A stretch of 64,000 nucleotides of DNA from Octopus vulgaris (Eukaryota): assembly GCA_951406725.2 (NCBI GenBank), contig OX597814.1, positions 150,970,001-151,034,000 on the forward strand, given 5' to 3'. The position numbers were made by a program, and so were the translations under genes. A model generated the notes under the pieces. The model was not told where the DNA came from and ran no database searches. It was given only the letters and a program-made list of their open reading frames with translations. This document shows positions 62,901 through 64,000 of this stretch, piece after piece (position 1 is the stretch's first letter; each line of letters opens with the position of its first letter).

Positions 62901-63866
62901 CTTATATTTATATTACACAGCCTTCTGGTGCAATTTTTAGCTCTCTATAAAGAATATTATTTCTGGCTTGTTATGAATCTACTGGTGACAGAATTCAACT
63001 ACCGCAAAGTACCAATTTCTTTAGTACCATGAAGTTACTGAATAACCCCTGATGATTTCTTCGCTTACGTTATATATTTCGTGGAAGAATATAATGGTAT
63101 ATTTGGCTTCCTACTTTTGAGTAACTCTAAAGCTAGATACAGACAATTTTGCCGCATACATCACAGTGCTCAGAATGTAAAAGACCGTAACTAAATACTA
63201 GAATGGATTTCGTCCAATGCTCTAGCATTCCTGGAATGGCATTATGATTTATCAGCCTACGAAGGATAAAAAAAAATCAAGATGAGTTCGGTACGATTTG
63301 AACTCAGAACATAAAGAGGCAGAGCAACTATTACACAAATATTGCGTCAGACATTCAAATGAGTCTGCCAATTCGCCGCCAATATTATCATGTGAGGACG
63401 AGATATTGAAAAATGACCTGTAATACAAAGAGACATTGTTCCACCGTAAGACTTCACATAGAGTGACAAGAATACATCAATTTGACAGAGGGCATCTCTC
63501 TTCAGGAGAAACTCATGGGGAATGAAATTACGCAACAAATTATGCACAAGCTCTTTCAGATATACAAATAATTATTCTGAACAGCGAAAACAACGAAAAG
63601 AGCAGCAGCAGTAGCAGCAAAAACAACAACAGCAAAATAGATAATGATTTCTTACATTATTTGTTCAAAAGTACAAATACATAAAGTTTTGTTCATTAAT
63701 TATTCATGGCGTAGACATGGGTATGTGGTTAAGAAGCTCGATTTTCAACCAAGTGGTGTTGGATTCAGTCCCATTGGCGAGACTTCATTGGAGAAGTGCC
63801 TTCTGCTTAAGCCTGGAGACGTTGAATGTCTTCTGAACGAATTTAGTAGACGTAAACTGCAAGATC

Positions 63867-63904
<38 letters not shown>

Positions 63905-63909
63905 GAATA

Positions 63910-64000
63910 TACGAGGGGTGCTGAAAAGTTCCTAGCTTTAAGTGTATTGATAAAGGCCTGGTTGGAAGCACAAACTTGCGAGTGCTTTTACAGGACCGCT
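63910..64000 (+). mobile_element. Start of a probable mariner-like element or MITE (TIR at window edge)
   Basis: TA|CGAGGGGTGCTGAAAAGTTCC resembles mariner TIRs with a TA target. Confidence 0.5.

Overview
AT-rich, repeat-saturated eukaryotic DNA. The SINE, LINE and microsatellite repertoire resembles Octopus genomes (recognition only, not a database result). No host gene is identified confidently. The centrepiece is a Penelope-like retroelement (PLE) with an intact RT + C-terminal GIY-YIG ORF (11662-13911) between two ~2.1-2.3 kb inverted arms (9380-11661 / 13779-15864), inserted in a (TA)n tract. Each arm carries a minimal type I hammerhead ribozyme motif with a compensatory U3-A8 core (UUGACAA). 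Five small fold-back insertions show the same geometry ((TA)n-arm-loop-arm'-one-sided extension-(TA)n), and three more hammerhead-like motifs occur in non-autonomous elements, one in a tRNA-headed SINE. Also present: three 5'-truncated CR1-group LINEs in (TA)n, a Tx1/L1-clade LINE in (GATA/GACA)n, RTE, mariner and Helitron helicase fossils, two non-autonomous Helitrons, a TIR element with 8-bp TSDs carrying telomeric repeats, and many tRNA-derived SINEs. Most listed ORFs are microsatellite artefacts. SINE and fossil boundaries are approximate.
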